This document shows positions 18,986 through 30,006 of a stretch of 64,000 bases of DNA, piece after piece. Below the pieces are notes generated by a model. That model saw nothing but the letters and a program-made list of their open reading frames with translations, did no database searches and was not told where the DNA came from. Position 1 is the first letter of the stretch, and every line of letters starts with the position of its first letter. This DNA is from an uncultured Eubacteriales bacterium (GTDB taxonomy: Bacteria; Bacillota; Clostridia; Lachnospirales; JAISER01): contig CAZJGG010000007.1 of NCBI GenBank assembly GCA_964545475.1, positions 1,103 to 65,102 of the forward strand, written 5' to 3'. Both the position numbers and the translations under genes were made by a program.

Positions 18986-21097
18986 TTGTATAATCAAATT
19001 GGGTTAGGTAGCTTGGAATATTTTGAAAAATTAAGCTTTTTTGCAAGAATTTCAAGTGACTATATAAATATGGAAGCAATTTTTTCCGACGAAACGGGAG
19101 GATATGTTGCCCCAGAATGCCCTAATTTCGGCGACAATGTTGCCATTAAAATACGTGTAGGTAAAAATAATGTGGACGAGGTTTATTTGTGCCATTCAGA
19201 AAGCAAAATATTAATGAGCAAAATAGACTGTATTGACCAAAACGAGTTGTTTGATATTTATCAAACAACTCTTATAAATATTGAAGAAAATTACGGCTAT
19301 TATTTCTTAATTATAAAAAATAATAGAAAATATTATTATAATAAAAGGGGTCTTAATGGGGATATAAATGAAAGCTATAATTTTTTAATAACCCCAGGTT
19401 TTGACACGCCAAAATGGGCTAAAGGCGCAGTAATGTATCAAATTTATGTAGATAGGTTTTATAACGGAGACACTACAAACGATGTTGTATTTAATGAATA
19501 TGCTTATTTAGGACAGGCGGCTAAGCCTATTTTAAACTGGAACCAGACGCCGGAAAAACTGGATGTTGCAAATTTTTACGGTGGGGATTTACAGGGTGTA
19601 ATGGACAAAATTCCTTATTTGAAGGATTTAGGCGTGGAAGTTATATATTTTTGCCCTATATTTGTTTCTCCCAGCAATCATAAATACGATATACAGGATT
19701 ATGACCATATAGACCCACATTTAGGTGTTATCGCCGAAGATGGCGGAGAGGCTTTATATTTTGAGAAATTCCATAACAAATACGCAACAAAATACATTCA
19801 AAGAACAACGAAAAAAGCCAATTTAGAAGCAAGCGACAAGCTTTTTGCAGATCTTGTGGCTCTTGCCCATGAAAATGGAATAAAGGTTATTCTTGACGGT
19901 GTGTTTAATCATTGCGGCGCATTTAATAAATGGATGGATAAGCAGAATTTTTATTCCGGAAAAGGATATGAAAACGGGGCTTATCTTGATGAAAACAGCC
20001 CTTATCATAATTATTTCCGCTGGTATGACAAGAACTGGCCAAATAATGACTGCTATGATTCATGGTGGGGCTTTGAAAATCATCCGAAATTAAATTACGA
20101 AGCTTCTCCTGAGCTTTACGAATATATTATGAATATAGGCAAAAAATGGGTTTCTCCCCCTTATAATGTAGATGGCTGGCGTTTTGATGTTGCGGCGGAT
20201 TTAGGTTATTCTAAAGAGTTTAACCATAAATTTTGGAGAGATTTTAGAAAGGCTGTTAAAGAAGCAAACCCAAACGCTATAATTTTAGCAGAGCATTACG
20301 GAGACCCAAAGGACTGGCTTTGTGGCGATCAGTGGGATACAATAATGAATTATGATGCATTTATGGAACCTATAACCTGGTTTTTAACAGGCATGGAAAA
20401 GCACAGCGAAGAATTTAAGCAGGATATGCTTTGTAATGCAATGGCTTTTGAAAACAATATTCGCTATCAAATGTCCAGATTCAGTGCCCAATCCCTTTAT
20501 ATTTCCATGAACATGCTTTCAAACCATGACCATTCTCGCTTTTTAACAAGAACAAACATGCAGGTTGGCAGGCTGCATACAAAAGGGTCAAAAGCCGCTG
20601 GCATGGGCATTAATAAAAGCATAATGATGGAAGCGGTTACGTTTCAAATGACATGGCCGGGTGCGCCAACCCTTTATTATGGAGATGAAGTTTCAGTTAC
20701 AGGCTGGACAGACCCGGACAACAGGCGGACATACCCATGGGGCAAAGAAGACGAAGTTATGCTTAACTTCCATAAGACCGCCATAACAATGCATAAAAAG
20801 TATAATGTTTTAAAACATGGTTCACTGGAATTTTTATACTCTAATTACGGAATTTTATGCTATGCAAGGTTTGATTCCGAACAAAAAATGGTTATTGTAT
20901 TAAACAATAACAGGGAAGAAAAAACAATTGAAATACCGGTGTGGAGGGCCCAAATAAAAAAAGATGCCGTTTTGGAACGAATACTTCAAACGGCTAACGA
21001 GAGCTTTTCCGTTGACACTGCTGTATTTAAAGTAGCTAACGGCTTTTTGGAAGTAATTGTTCCGGCGTTTAGCAGCAGCGTATATATTGAAAAATAA
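18986..21097 (+). CDS. GH13 alpha-amylase family enzyme (neopullulanase/cyclomaltodextrinase-like)
   Basis: GH13 conserved regions DGVFNHCG, GWRFDVAADL, ILAEHYGD and LSNHDHSRF. TTG start with GGAG RBS. Confidence 0.82.
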   Translation: MYNQIGLGSLEYFEKLSFFARISSDYINMEAIFSDETGGYVAPECPNFGDNVAIKIRVGKNNVDEVYLCHSESKILMSKIDCIDQNELFDIYQTTLINIEENYGYYFLIIKNNRKYYYNKRGLNGDINESYNFLITPGFDTPKWAKGAVMYQIYVDRFYNGDTTNDVVFNEYAYLGQAAKPILNWNQTPEKLDVANFYGGDLQGVMDKIPYLKDLGVEVIYFCPIFVSPSNHKYDIQDYDHIDPHLGVIAEDGGEALYFEKFHNKYATKYIQRTTKKANLEASDKLFADLVALAHENGIKVILDGVFNHCGAFNKWMDKQNFYSGKGYENGAYLDENSPYHNYFRWYDKNWPNNDCYDSWWGFENHPKLNYEASPELYEYIMNIGKKWVSPPYNVDGWRFDVAADLGYSKEFNHKFWRDFRKAVKEANPNAIILAEHYGDPKDWLCGDQWDTIMNYDAFMEPITWFLTGMEKHSEEFKQDMLCNAMAFENNIRYQMSRFSAQSLYISMNMLSNHDHSRFLTRTNMQVGRLHTKGSKAAGMGINKSIMMEAVTFQMTWPGAPTLYYGDEVSVTGWTDPDNRRTYPWGKEDEVMLNFHKTAITMHKKYNVLKHGSLEFLYSNYGILCYARFDSEQKMVIVLNNNREEKTIEIPVWRAQIKKDAVLERILQTANESFSVDTAVFKVANGFLEVIVPAFSSSVYIEK

Positions 21098-21103
21098 ACA
21101 ATT

Positions 21104-21134
21104 AAGCCGCCCATTTTGTTGTGGACGGCTTTTT
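21104..21134 (+). terminator. Intrinsic terminator between convergent amylase and MCP genes
   Basis: AAGCCGCCCA-N8-TGGACGGCTT followed by TTTT. Confidence 0.6.
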
Positions 21135-21141
21135 AACATTT

Positions 21142-23388
21142 TTAATTTTTAACATCAAATACGCTGACAATTTGGTTTAGCGTTTCGGATTGACTCGAAA
21201 GTTCTTGGGAAGCAGACAAGAATTCTTGAGAACTTCCGGCGTTATCAGAGGCAACGCTGTTAATGAGCCTCATAACGGTGCTGGTTTGAACAATTGAAGA
21301 CGACTGCTGTTCTGCCATTTGCAAAATATCATCAATAATCTGAGATATATTTGTGATGTCTGATACCATAGTATCCAGCGCATTTGCTGTTTTATGAGCT
21401 ATGTCTTGTCCTTCTTTAACCCTTAAAATGGATGTTTCTATTAGCTTGCTTGTTTCTTTTACGGAATTTTGGCTTCGCCCTGCTAAATTTCTAACTTCTT
21501 CCGCAACAACGGCGAACCCTTTGCCGTGAACTCCAGCTCTCGCCGCCTCAACGGCAGCGTTAAGAGCAAGCAAATTTGTTTGAAAAGCTATGTCTTCAAT
21601 AACTTTAATAACCTTTGATATGTTGGTAGAGGCTTCGGTTATTCCCTCCATAGAAGTAAGCATACTAGCCATTTCTGCCTTACATGCAGAAGCGTTTTTA
21701 GTGGACTGTACTGACAATCCGTGTGCATCAGATGAGCTTTCTACACTTTTAGAGATTTTTTCCTCAATAATTCCAACGGTTTGCATTAAAGAATCTACGG
21801 AATTAGCCTGTTCTTCAGAGCCTTGTGCAAGCACGACGCTTCTGTCAGCGATGCTTTTGGAGTTGTTGGAAAGCATTATAGAAGCCTCTGAAACATTTTT
21901 AATAAATATATTAAATTTATTAATGATAGTATTGATAGAATCCTTTATTTTAGCGAAATCCCCAATATAGTTTCGTTCTATTTCACAGTTTAAGTTATCT
22001 CCTGCAATTTTTTCTAAAATAGAGTTTACTTCATTAATATAAGAAGAAATTGAGCTAATCATTGTGTTTAAAGAATTTTTTACAAGCCCGAAATCACCTT
22101 TATAATCTCCATTCATGCTGGAAGAAAAGTCGCATTGTGATATTTGCTCTAAAACTATAATAGTTTCTTTTATTGGTAAAATCACTGAATCAAGCAAATG
22201 GTTTACAGAATTTGCAAGGTTATACCAATCACCGCTGAATTTATTTGCATCACAACGTTCTGAAAGCCTACCCTCTGAAGCGTGGGATATTAAATTTAAA
22301 ATTTCAGTATTAATTTCCTGCAAGTTATCTTTTAGCATAAGTGCGCTTTGGGAAATTGGGGCTTTATTACCGGGAAGCATGGGAATATCCGCTTTAAAAT
22401 TACCTTCTGCAAACTCAGTCATAACTCCTGAAATAAGCGACATATCCTGTTTAAATTCCGATACCATGCCATTTATTCCATAAGCAACAGTGTTAAAAGC
22501 GCCTTCAAAATTATCGGCTTTAATGTTGTAATCTTCACCACGCTTGAAGCTTTCGGAGCAAAGGTTTAGTTCATCAACAAGGCTTTGCAAAACATGGGTT
22601 ATATTAGCAAACTGACGAGTTAAATCACCTATTTCGTCTGTTCCGGCTTCTGGAAGGTTAACATTTATATGCCCTTTTGTAATTTCTGCGGAAACGGACA
22701 TCAATCTCTTTATTGGGTTAGTAATTGATTTTACTATTAAAATTGCCATTAACATAACAACAACAAAGCCGATAGAAACAAGAACGATAATACGCACATT
22801 AGCGGCTTTTAAGCCTACAATGTTTTCTGAAAGGACATTTAGAGAATTGTTAACATTATCATTGAAAATGTTATCTAAGTAATTATGAATTTCTTGCCGT
22901 AGTTCCTTTGTGCTGTTGTTTGTAATAATTCTTAAAATACTGCCAGAGTCATTATTTAAGACGGCTTGCTTTAATGAATTGTTTATAGGTACAACTTTAT
23001 CAGTAAAAGTATTTAACGCTTTTGAAGCATTATTTATTAAGTTTTCGGGAGCATTTCTTTTTTCCAGTTCATTTTTATAATTACTTAAATTATCGGTAAT
23101 TATTTTTGTATTATTTTCAATATCATTTAAGCTGTTCTGCATTTTAGTTTGATTAGGGAAGGCAAGGTATATGTCAGTGTATGAAGAAAAGATGTCTGCT
23201 GTATAATCATTAACATCATAAAGCGGCTGAAGTTGTGCAAGATAATTGTTAGAAAGAAACGTAAAAGACTGTATCTGTTTAAGTCTGTCTGAAACGCCAC
23301 CATATGCTACAAAGAATAAAGCGCATACTGTAAAAGCGAATACTGTAATAAGCCGTGGAGCAATTTTAAGTTTGCTAAAAAAACGCAC
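21142..23388 (-). CDS. Methyl-accepting chemotaxis protein with extended HAMP region
   Basis: Signalling domain [37 protein letters not shown] and two TM segments. GTG start with CAGGAGG RBS. Confidence 0.9.
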   Translation of the reverse strand: MRFFSKLKIAPRLITVFAFTVCALFFVAYGGVSDRLKQIQSFTFLSNNYLAQLQPLYDVNDYTADIFSSYTDIYLAFPNQTKMQNSLNDIENNTKIITDNLSNYKNELEKRNAPENLINNASKALNTFTDKVVPINNSLKQAVLNNDSGSILRIITNNSTKELRQEIHNYLDNIFNDNVNNSLNVLSENIVGLKAANVRIIVLVSIGFVVVMLMAILIVKSITNPIKRLMSVSAEITKGHINVNLPEAGTDEIGDLTRQFANITHVLQSLVDELNLCSESFKRGEDYNIKADNFEGAFNTVAYGINGMVSEFKQDMSLISGVMTEFAEGNFKADIPMLPGNKAPISQSALMLKDNLQEINTEILNLISHASEGRLSERCDANKFSGDWYNLANSVNHLLDSVILPIKETIIVLEQISQCDFSSSMNGDYKGDFGLVKNSLNTMISSISSYINEVNSILEKIAGDNLNCEIERNYIGDFAKIKDSINTIINKFNIFIKNVSEASIMLSNNSKSIADRSVVLAQGSEEQANSVDSLMQTVGIIEEKISKSVESSSDAHGLSVQSTKNASACKAEMASMLTSMEGITEASTNISKVIKVIEDIAFQTNLLALNAAVEAARAGVHGKGFAVVAEEVRNLAGRSQNSVKETSKLIETSILRVKEGQDIAHKTANALDTMVSDITNISQIIDDILQMAEQQSSSIVQTSTVMRLINSVASDNAGSSQEFLSASQELSSQSETLNQIVSVFDVKN

Positions 23389-23424
23389 GCCAAGACCTCC
23401 TGAAAAAATGATTTGAATAAAAAT

Positions 23425-23448
23425 ACGGGTCAGATTTCTCCGACCCGT
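23425..23448 (-). terminator. Hairpin/terminator after the SLH gene, about 35 nt before the MCP start
   Basis: ACGGGTC-N10-GACCCGT, followed on the minus strand by ATTTTTATT. Confidence 0.55.
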
Positions 23449-23460
23449 GCTTTAAAAATA

Positions 23461-26226
23461 TTACGGTCTAGGGATAGATGCATTCATTATATATTTATAA
23501 GCCCAATGTGAAGAAGGAACGTCTGTAAATTCTTGTGAGCCAAGTGGAGTAAGTGTTCTGTCTTCTGCGAAAGAGAACACTGTGCAAACTTCTGCTCTTG
23601 TTATAGAATTACCAGGCTTAAACGTATTATCCGGATAACCGTTAAAAATATTATTGTTATATGCTAAATTAACAAAATTGTAATGCCAGTCTGTTTTCTT
23701 AACATCTGTAAACGGCGGCGTTTTTGAAGCGCCGGAAAGTTTGTAAAACTGTGAAAGAATAACGCACATTTCTGCTCTTGTTATGGGGTTGTTAGGTTTA
23801 AATGAACCATCCGGATAACCTTGGAAGTACTTTTTGCTGGAAACAAAATCTATAGCTGCTTTAGCGGAATGAGTGATAGCAACGTCTGTAAATGTCATCG
23901 GAGTTGAAACTGATTTGTCCGAAGATAAATTAAATAATACTTGCGCAACTTCCGCTCTTGTTGCAGCACGGCTTGGTTCAAATTTATATGCACCAACGCC
24001 CTCCATAAATACTTTTTCCTGGTCTCCTGAAGAATTAACAGCAATTGTTATTGTTGCTTTTTCCTTAACTGTATAACTCCAGTCTGTAAGGAATAAAGAA
24101 TAACCAGTAGGAACTTTTAAGTCTTTTGTAGTTAGGGTTGAGCCAACGGAAGAAGTAATAGTCTGTTCCGAAACTTGGCGCATATCTGTTGTTTTGTAGT
24201 TAATTGTTATTTGTACGTTGCCGCCGCCTGTTGTAAATTCAAGCATGTTGCCATAACTTATAGAAGATGAAGTCTTTGCGTATGCTCTTACGTAGTAAGA
24301 AGTATTAGTGTCAAGCCCGGTTGCTTCCATTGAATAAGAGTCTGCTGTTGAAGAATAAGCACCTACTTTAATATCGTTAACCGTTGGGTATTTATCAGTT
24401 TTTGAAAGCACAAAGCCTTTTTCAACTAAAGTATAGCTGCTGTTTGACGAAATTTTACCAACAATTACTGCCGTAATAGGGGTTATATCTTTAACTTGGG
24501 TAGTATCTACCGTGAACTCATTTCTTGTTGTAAAGTTTTTAGCCTCGCTGTAAAAAGTACCTGTAGAGTTTTTAATATAACCTCTAACATAGTAAGTTCT
24601 GTTAGTTTCAAGGTTGTTTAAAACAATTGTCGGTTTATCAGATGTACCTGAAACTGTTTTATTTGAGGTTTCACTTCCGTTTAGCTCTGGAACGGTTTTT
24701 GTTAATGAATATACAACGCCTTTTTCTGTAATATTTGTTGCGTTGTTAGTTTTGATATCCAAAACAATGTCGGCTCCGGTTACATTAACATTATTAATAT
24801 TGTCAATAGAAATAGTAGGAGAGCCGGAATAGTTATATCTTGCCACAAAAGTTAATGGGCTTCCGTAATATATACCTTGAGTGCTTTTTACATAGGCTCT
24901 TACATAATAAGTTCTGTTTGTTGTAAGACCTGTAAGGGTAACGTTGGTTTTTGCATTCATATCCGCTGTTACTTTAACGTAATTGTTAGATGTATCAACA
25001 AAAGGAGTCTGATTTACATCTGAATAAACGATGCCCTTTTCAGTAATAGTACCAGTTCCGTAATTTGTAACTTCTAAAGTAACTTCGGCAGAGTTATCAG
25101 TTATATTTTGGTAAGAAACCGTTGAAACCGCCGGAATGTTACCTTGGTTTTGCCCTGCGGTAAATGTTAATACGCTGCCGTAATAAACTGTAGAATTTGT
25201 TGTTTTAGCATACGCCTTTACATAATAGGTTTTGCCGCTTGTTAAATTTGAAAGTGTAACAGTCTGTTTTGATGATGTGCCTGCTACAGCATAATTTGTG
25301 TTATAGTCTAAAAGCATAGGGTTGGAGCTTACATTTGAATAAACAACGCCTTTTTCAACAACCGCATTGCTTCTATCTGATATTAAATTTATTGTAACGT
25401 CTGCTTTATTGTTTTGAACGTTTGAAATATTTTCAGTAACAATTTCAGGCATAACCGCTGAAACCTTTTCCAATTTTACAACGCTTGAATACATGCTAAT
25501 TGGGCTCGAAAAGCTGTTTTGTACTGTTACAAACGCACGAATATAGTAATCTTTACTTCTGTCAAGAGATTGTATTTTTTTAGAAAAACTATATCCGCTT
25601 GAATATAGTGGTTCATACCATTCAAGGGCTGAACCGCTGCTAACATGTTCTCTCATAGGATTTGTATTGGTTGTAGACCATACAAAACCAACTTGAAGTA
25701 CGCTACCTGTGTTACTGTTGCTTGGTAAAAAGCTTGTTTCTAAAAAAGCACTAGTGTCATCAACATCAGATATTCTTGGTGGATTTACCTCAACGGTTGT
25801 ACTTGTTGAACCACTGGAGCTAGTTGAAAACCAGTTGCTGTTGCCGTATGTTGGGATACTTCCGCTGCTGCCAACTATTGAATATTCGCAAAATGTGCGG
25901 TAATAGTATTGAGTATTTGGTTTAAGGTTATTTAAACCCACTGAAAAGTCGTACCGTGGAGAATTATAAAAATCATGCTGAGGAGCATTGTACTTTTGAG
26001 AGTTATAAAAACTGCTGTTTTCTGAATATTCTATACCATAGTACAATATATTGATTCCTGAAGCAGATTGATATATCTGTCCGGATACTGTTGCGGAGTT
26101 TGTAGTAACGTTTGAATATCCGTAAGTATCAGTCTGCACATAATAATCTGATGCTAAAGCACCTACAGGTAACAAACCAAAAACTAATGAAGCTGTTAAA
26201 ATAAAAGCTATTAACTTTTTAAACAA
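23461..26226 (-). CDS. SLH-domain cell-surface protein with about 7 tandem Fn3/Ig-like modules
   Basis: Signal peptide. Repeated modules of about 95 aa ending in TYYVRAY...YYG...F. Three C-terminal SLH repeats (FTDV...GYPDGSFKPNNPITRAE). TTG start with AGAGGTG RBS. Confidence 0.85.
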   Translation of the reverse strand: MFKKLIAFILTASLVFGLLPVGALASDYYVQTDTYGYSNVTTNSATVSGQIYQSASGINILYYGIEYSENSSFYNSQKYNAPQHDFYNSPRYDFSVGLNNLKPNTQYYYRTFCEYSIVGSSGSIPTYGNSNWFSTSSSGSTSTTVEVNPPRISDVDDTSAFLETSFLPSNSNTGSVLQVGFVWSTTNTNPMREHVSSGSALEWYEPLYSSGYSFSKKIQSLDRSKDYYIRAFVTVQNSFSSPISMYSSVVKLEKVSAVMPEIVTENISNVQNNKADVTINLISDRSNAVVEKGVVYSNVSSNPMLLDYNTNYAVAGTSSKQTVTLSNLTSGKTYYVKAYAKTTNSTVYYGSVLTFTAGQNQGNIPAVSTVSYQNITDNSAEVTLEVTNYGTGTITEKGIVYSDVNQTPFVDTSNNYVKVTADMNAKTNVTLTGLTTNRTYYVRAYVKSTQGIYYGSPLTFVARYNYSGSPTISIDNINNVNVTGADIVLDIKTNNATNITEKGVVYSLTKTVPELNGSETSNKTVSGTSDKPTIVLNNLETNRTYYVRGYIKNSTGTFYSEAKNFTTRNEFTVDTTQVKDITPITAVIVGKISSNSSYTLVEKGFVLSKTDKYPTVNDIKVGAYSSTADSYSMEATGLDTNTSYYVRAYAKTSSSISYGNMLEFTTGGGNVQITINYKTTDMRQVSEQTITSSVGSTLTTKDLKVPTGYSLFLTDWSYTVKEKATITIAVNSSGDQEKVFMEGVGAYKFEPSRAATRAEVAQVLFNLSSDKSVSTPMTFTDVAITHSAKAAIDFVSSKKYFQGYPDGSFKPNNPITRAEMCVILSQFYKLSGASKTPPFTDVKKTDWHYNFVNLAYNNNIFNGYPDNTFKPGNSITRAEVCTVFSFAEDRTLTPLGSQEFTDVPSSHWAYKYIMNASIPRP

Positions 26227-26275
26227 ATAAATACACCTCTAATCTTTTATTTTCTGTAATAAATAAATTTAGATT

Positions 26276-26752
26276 TTATTCCTGAGATAAAAATCTTTCC
26301 AAATCCATAAGTAAGATAATTCTTTCATCAATTTTACCTATGGATTTAATAAATTGGTTATAATATTTAAGTTTTGCGCTTGGAGGAGGAAGCACGTTTT
26401 CCTCTTTAATAAACATAACTTCTTTTACATTATCTACAATGAGCCCTAAAACAAAGGCTGAATGTTCAATAACAACTATACACGTTAAATCGTCATATTC
26501 TTTGGCTTCTTTCATAAACCTTCTTCTAACGTCTATAACAGGTATAATATCTCCTCTTAAATTTATAATACCTTTAACGTAGGCGGGAGTTTCTGGAACA
26601 AGGGTTATAGCGCAAACAGAAATAATCTCTTTAATGTTGGCAATTTCAACGCCATATTCTTCATTATCAATTACGAACGTTAAATACTTGTCTTTCGTAG
26701 TATCCTCTTCCATAGTAGCAGCTTCCATAATGTTATCATTATCGGCAGACAT
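26276..26752 (-). CDS. cheW: Chemotaxis coupling protein CheW
   Basis: 158 aa, typical CheW core (YLTFVIDNEEYGVEI...IINLRGDIIPVIDVR). Confidence 0.9.
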   Translation of the reverse strand: MSADNDNIMEAATMEEDTTKDKYLTFVIDNEEYGVEIANIKEIISVCAITLVPETPAYVKGIINLRGDIIPVIDVRRRFMKEAKEYDDLTCIVVIEHSAFVLGLIVDNVKEVMFIKEENVLPPPSAKLKYYNQFIKSIGKIDERIILLMDLERFLSQE

Positions 26753-26775
26753 TTCATCACTCCTTTTAAGATGAA

Positions 26776-28884
26776 TTATTTATCGAAAAATCCTACAACG
26801 TCGATTATTAAGCTTATGTCGCCGTTTCCTAACAGCGTACAGCCGCTTATACCCCGGACTTTTTTAATATACTTCGGCATGGTTTTAACAACAACTTGTT
26901 GTTCGCCTATAAGTTCGTCTACCATAATACAAACGGTTTGCTCGCCGTTTTCAAGCATAATAACTATGGCATCTTCCGGGTCAGTAATTGAAGATTCAAC
27001 ATTAAAAAATTCATAAAGCCTAATGAGATTATAAACTTCTCCACGAACTTGAATCATTTCGTTACCGCTTGGGTCTGTAAAAATGCTTTCCTTGTGAGCT
27101 TTAAACGATTGTTTTATTGAAATTATTGGAATGGTATATTTTGCCCCACCCATTTTTATTGTCATACCTTCGATAATAGCAAGGGTAAGAGGTATTTTAA
27201 GCGTAAAGGTGCTTCCTTCTCCTGTAACAGAATCAACAATAACAGAACCGCCAACAGCTTCTAGGTTTGTGCTTACAACGTCCATACCAACGCCACGACC
27301 GGAGTAACTTGTAACTTTTTCATTTGTAGAAAAGCCCGGAAGGAAAATAAACTGGCAAATTTCTTTGTCTGTATAATCAGATTCTGGTTTACGTAACAAG
27401 CCGTTTTGCTTAGCTTTTTGCATAATCCTATCTTTGTTAAGCCCTGCTCCATCGTCTTTTATAATAATTAAAACGTCACCGCCGGAGTTTTTCGCCTCAA
27501 GGATAACGACACCCTGATCAGGTTTTCCTAAAGCTGCCCGGTCATCGGGCTTTTCAATACCGTGGTCAATGGAGTTTCTTATAATATGCATAAGCGGATC
27601 GGAGATATGTTCAATAATGTTTTTGTCAACTTCCGTTTCTTCTCCTAAAATTTCAAGCTTTACATCTTTTTCAAGCTGCTTGCACATATCTCTTACAATA
27701 CGATGCATCTTGAAAAACGTAGTGGAAAGGGGAACCATTCGCATAGACATTACAGTGTCCTGCACATCGTTTATAATTTTCCGAAGTTGAATAGCTTCCT
27801 TATGGAAGCTTTCAAGCTCTAAATTTTCAAGTTCCGGATTTTGTGTTACCATTGCTTCTGCAATAACAAGTTCACCCATAAGGTTAAGGAGTTGATCAAG
27901 TTTGCTAACGTTAACGCTTATAACATGCTGAGTTTGCTGTTTTTTTGCAACCTGGGAATCTGAAGCCGAAACTATTGGGGATTCGGTTGGTTTAACAGCG
28001 GCGCTATTCTCATTTACAGGCGGAATGGGTTGGACTGCATTAAGCACCTCTTCAATAACTGGCTCATTAACTTTATGGATTTCGAGAGGTTCTTCAACTG
28101 CTGAGCCGGACGGAAGCTCAATAAGAGATAGTTCCTTTAAATAAACTGTTTTCATAAACAGATTTTTTATATCATCATAAGGCAGTTTACTGGAAAAATC
28201 TAACCTAAACCCATTTTTACGAATATGCCCTATTGAGGTTTCGTCAATAACGTCCTCTGGAATATGGCTAACGTTAAATATTTTTTCTCCAAAGTTGTGA
28301 ACAAGTGTGTATGCACGGATATTTTCCATTTCGCATCCGTCTTCAAATTTTATAACGCTTGTGTAGTTATAATGTTCCGTGGAACTTTCATTATTTTTTG
28401 TTTCGCTAACTGCAGGTTTTACAGCGGTTGTGCTTTCTGCTTTTGCTTCTGCAGCAGCTTTAGAACCGTCTTTAATTTCGGCTAAATATCCTTTGATTTT
28501 AGCGATAATCTCCGTTCCGTCACCATCAGGCTGTACGCCGTTTTCAATTTTGTCAAGTTCTGTTTTTATGAAGTCCATTCCAAGCAGAACAAAGTCTGTA
28601 AGCGTTGAATAATTAATATTTTGAGGATTTTCCTCTCTAATATAAAAGAAGAGGTCTTCAATAGCGTGAGCTGTTGTTGAAATTGAATCAAATAACATCA
28701 TTGCCGCCGAGCCTTTAATTGTGTGCATTATACGAAAGATTTCGTTAACCTGCTCGGACGAATAACCTGATTCGGCTTGAATAATAGTCTGTTCCAACTG
28801 TTCCACAAGCTGAGACATTTCAAAACTAAACATTTCCAGCATGGATTCTCTATCAAAATCAGCCAAAATATCATCACCCTTCAT
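26776..28884 (-). CDS. cheA: Chemotaxis histidine kinase CheA
   Basis: Hpt motif HTIKGSAAMM, HATPase region and C-terminal CheW-like domain. The exact start is uncertain because ATG 28884 has no SD. TTG 28866 or a downstream ATG are alternatives. Confidence 0.9.
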   Translation of the reverse strand: MKGDDILADFDRESMLEMFSFEMSQLVEQLEQTIIQAESGYSSEQVNEIFRIMHTIKGSAAMMLFDSISTTAHAIEDLFFYIREENPQNINYSTLTDFVLLGMDFIKTELDKIENGVQPDGDGTEIIAKIKGYLAEIKDGSKAAAEAKAESTTAVKPAVSETKNNESSTEHYNYTSVIKFEDGCEMENIRAYTLVHNFGEKIFNVSHIPEDVIDETSIGHIRKNGFRLDFSSKLPYDDIKNLFMKTVYLKELSLIELPSGSAVEEPLEIHKVNEPVIEEVLNAVQPIPPVNENSAAVKPTESPIVSASDSQVAKKQQTQHVISVNVSKLDQLLNLMGELVIAEAMVTQNPELENLELESFHKEAIQLRKIINDVQDTVMSMRMVPLSTTFFKMHRIVRDMCKQLEKDVKLEILGEETEVDKNIIEHISDPLMHIIRNSIDHGIEKPDDRAALGKPDQGVVILEAKNSGGDVLIIIKDDGAGLNKDRIMQKAKQNGLLRKPESDYTDKEICQFIFLPGFSTNEKVTSYSGRGVGMDVVSTNLEAVGGSVIVDSVTGEGSTFTLKIPLTLAIIEGMTIKMGGAKYTIPIISIKQSFKAHKESIFTDPSGNEMIQVRGEVYNLIRLYEFFNVESSITDPEDAIVIMLENGEQTVCIMVDELIGEQQVVVKTMPKYIKKVRGISGCTLLGNGDISLIIDVVGFFDK

Positions 28885-28907
28885 AAAATAAATTTAGCTT
28901 GTTCTTA

Positions 28908-29071
28908 GAACCTGTAATCAATAAGCTGTCGCCCACCTTTGAAAGCGATTATTTCGCCATTCTTTGTTGAAGCGGCTTGTCATAATTGCTTATTATGCCT
29001 TCGCCACCGCGCTGCGAATGGCGAAAAATCGCCGTTTCAAATTCTAGCAACCCATTATTGAATACAGGTTC
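28908..29071. mobile_element. MITE family D, copy D2 (164 bp) in the cheR-cheA gap
   Basis: TIRs GAACCTGTAATCAATAA and TTATTGAATACAGGTTC, flanked by TTA/TTA. Colinear with D1 (258-420). Confidence 0.8.
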
Positions 29072-29116
29072 TTACTTTTCAGCGATAATTTTGTGTATCG
29101 CTCGCTGTTAAATATG

Positions 29117-29935
29117 TTATTCCTTGCGGTAAATAGCGGGCTTAGTGTATTTGTAGGCAGTTCCCGTATGATTTAGTGATTCAGAATGTCCGATAAACAG
29201 GTATCCGCCGCTAAGCGTTATATTATAAAATTTATCTACAAGTTCATTTCTAGTTTCTGCATCAAAATATATCATAACATTTCTGCAAAATATGACTTGA
29301 AAAGGCTTTTTAAAAGGAAATTGCCTATCCATCAAATTAAGCTTTCTAAAAATGACATTTTTCTTTATAGAAGCTTTAACTTCGTAATTATCGTTATTTT
29401 TTTTATCGAAATAATCATTAATCCAATTTTGAGGCAATGTTTTAACACTGTCTCTGTGGTATATGCCATTAACACATTTATTAAGAACAGTAGACGAAAT
29501 ATCAGTGGCCAAAATTTGCAAATCCCATTTTTCGGGCTTCTGTTTAAAATAGTCTTGCAATATCATTTGCAAAGTATAAGGTTCTTCCCCAGAGGAACAT
29601 CCGGCACACCAAAGCCTTATATCCCTTGTGCTTTTATATGTTGTTTCCAAATATGGCAAAACAAATTCTTTGAAATAATCAAAATGATCCGTTTCTCTCA
29701 TAAAGTAGGTATGGTTCGTTGTAATTCTGTCAATAAAATTTACAACTGCATCACCGGATTTATCATTTGTTAAAAATTTATAATATTCTGTAAAGTTAGG
29801 TATATTTTTTTCCTGCAAAATTGTGCGTAGCCTTGAATAAATCAAAGACTTTTTTTCGTCGCTTAAGCTTATTCCAAAATTATCTTTTATGTAGGCTCTA
29901 AGCATGTCGAATTCTTGGTTTGTAATTTCGTTCAC
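29117..29935 (-). CDS. cheR: Chemotaxis protein methyltransferase CheR
   Basis: IRLWCAGCSSGEEPYT SAM-binding motif, 272 aa. Confidence 0.9.
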   Translation of the reverse strand: MNEITNQEFDMLRAYIKDNFGISLSDEKKSLIYSRLRTILQEKNIPNFTEYYKFLTNDKSGDAVVNFIDRITTNHTYFMRETDHFDYFKEFVLPYLETTYKSTRDIRLWCAGCSSGEEPYTLQMILQDYFKQKPEKWDLQILATDISSTVLNKCVNGIYHRDSVKTLPQNWINDYFDKKNNDNYEVKASIKKNVIFRKLNLMDRQFPFKKPFQVIFCRNVMIYFDAETRNELVDKFYNITLSGGYLFIGHSESLNHTGTAYKYTKPAIYRKE

Positions 29936-30006
29936 CCAATCACCTCTTATGAAAGTCTTTACAAAATTGTGAAGTTAAAATACAATAGGAAAAGGAGGTT
30001 TTAAAA

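Noticed and set aside
29186-29773. 195-aa plus-strand ORF inside cheR, and a similar one at 43615..44085 inside uvrB
   Set aside because: They lie opposite well-supported genes and have no recognisable motifs or RBS.
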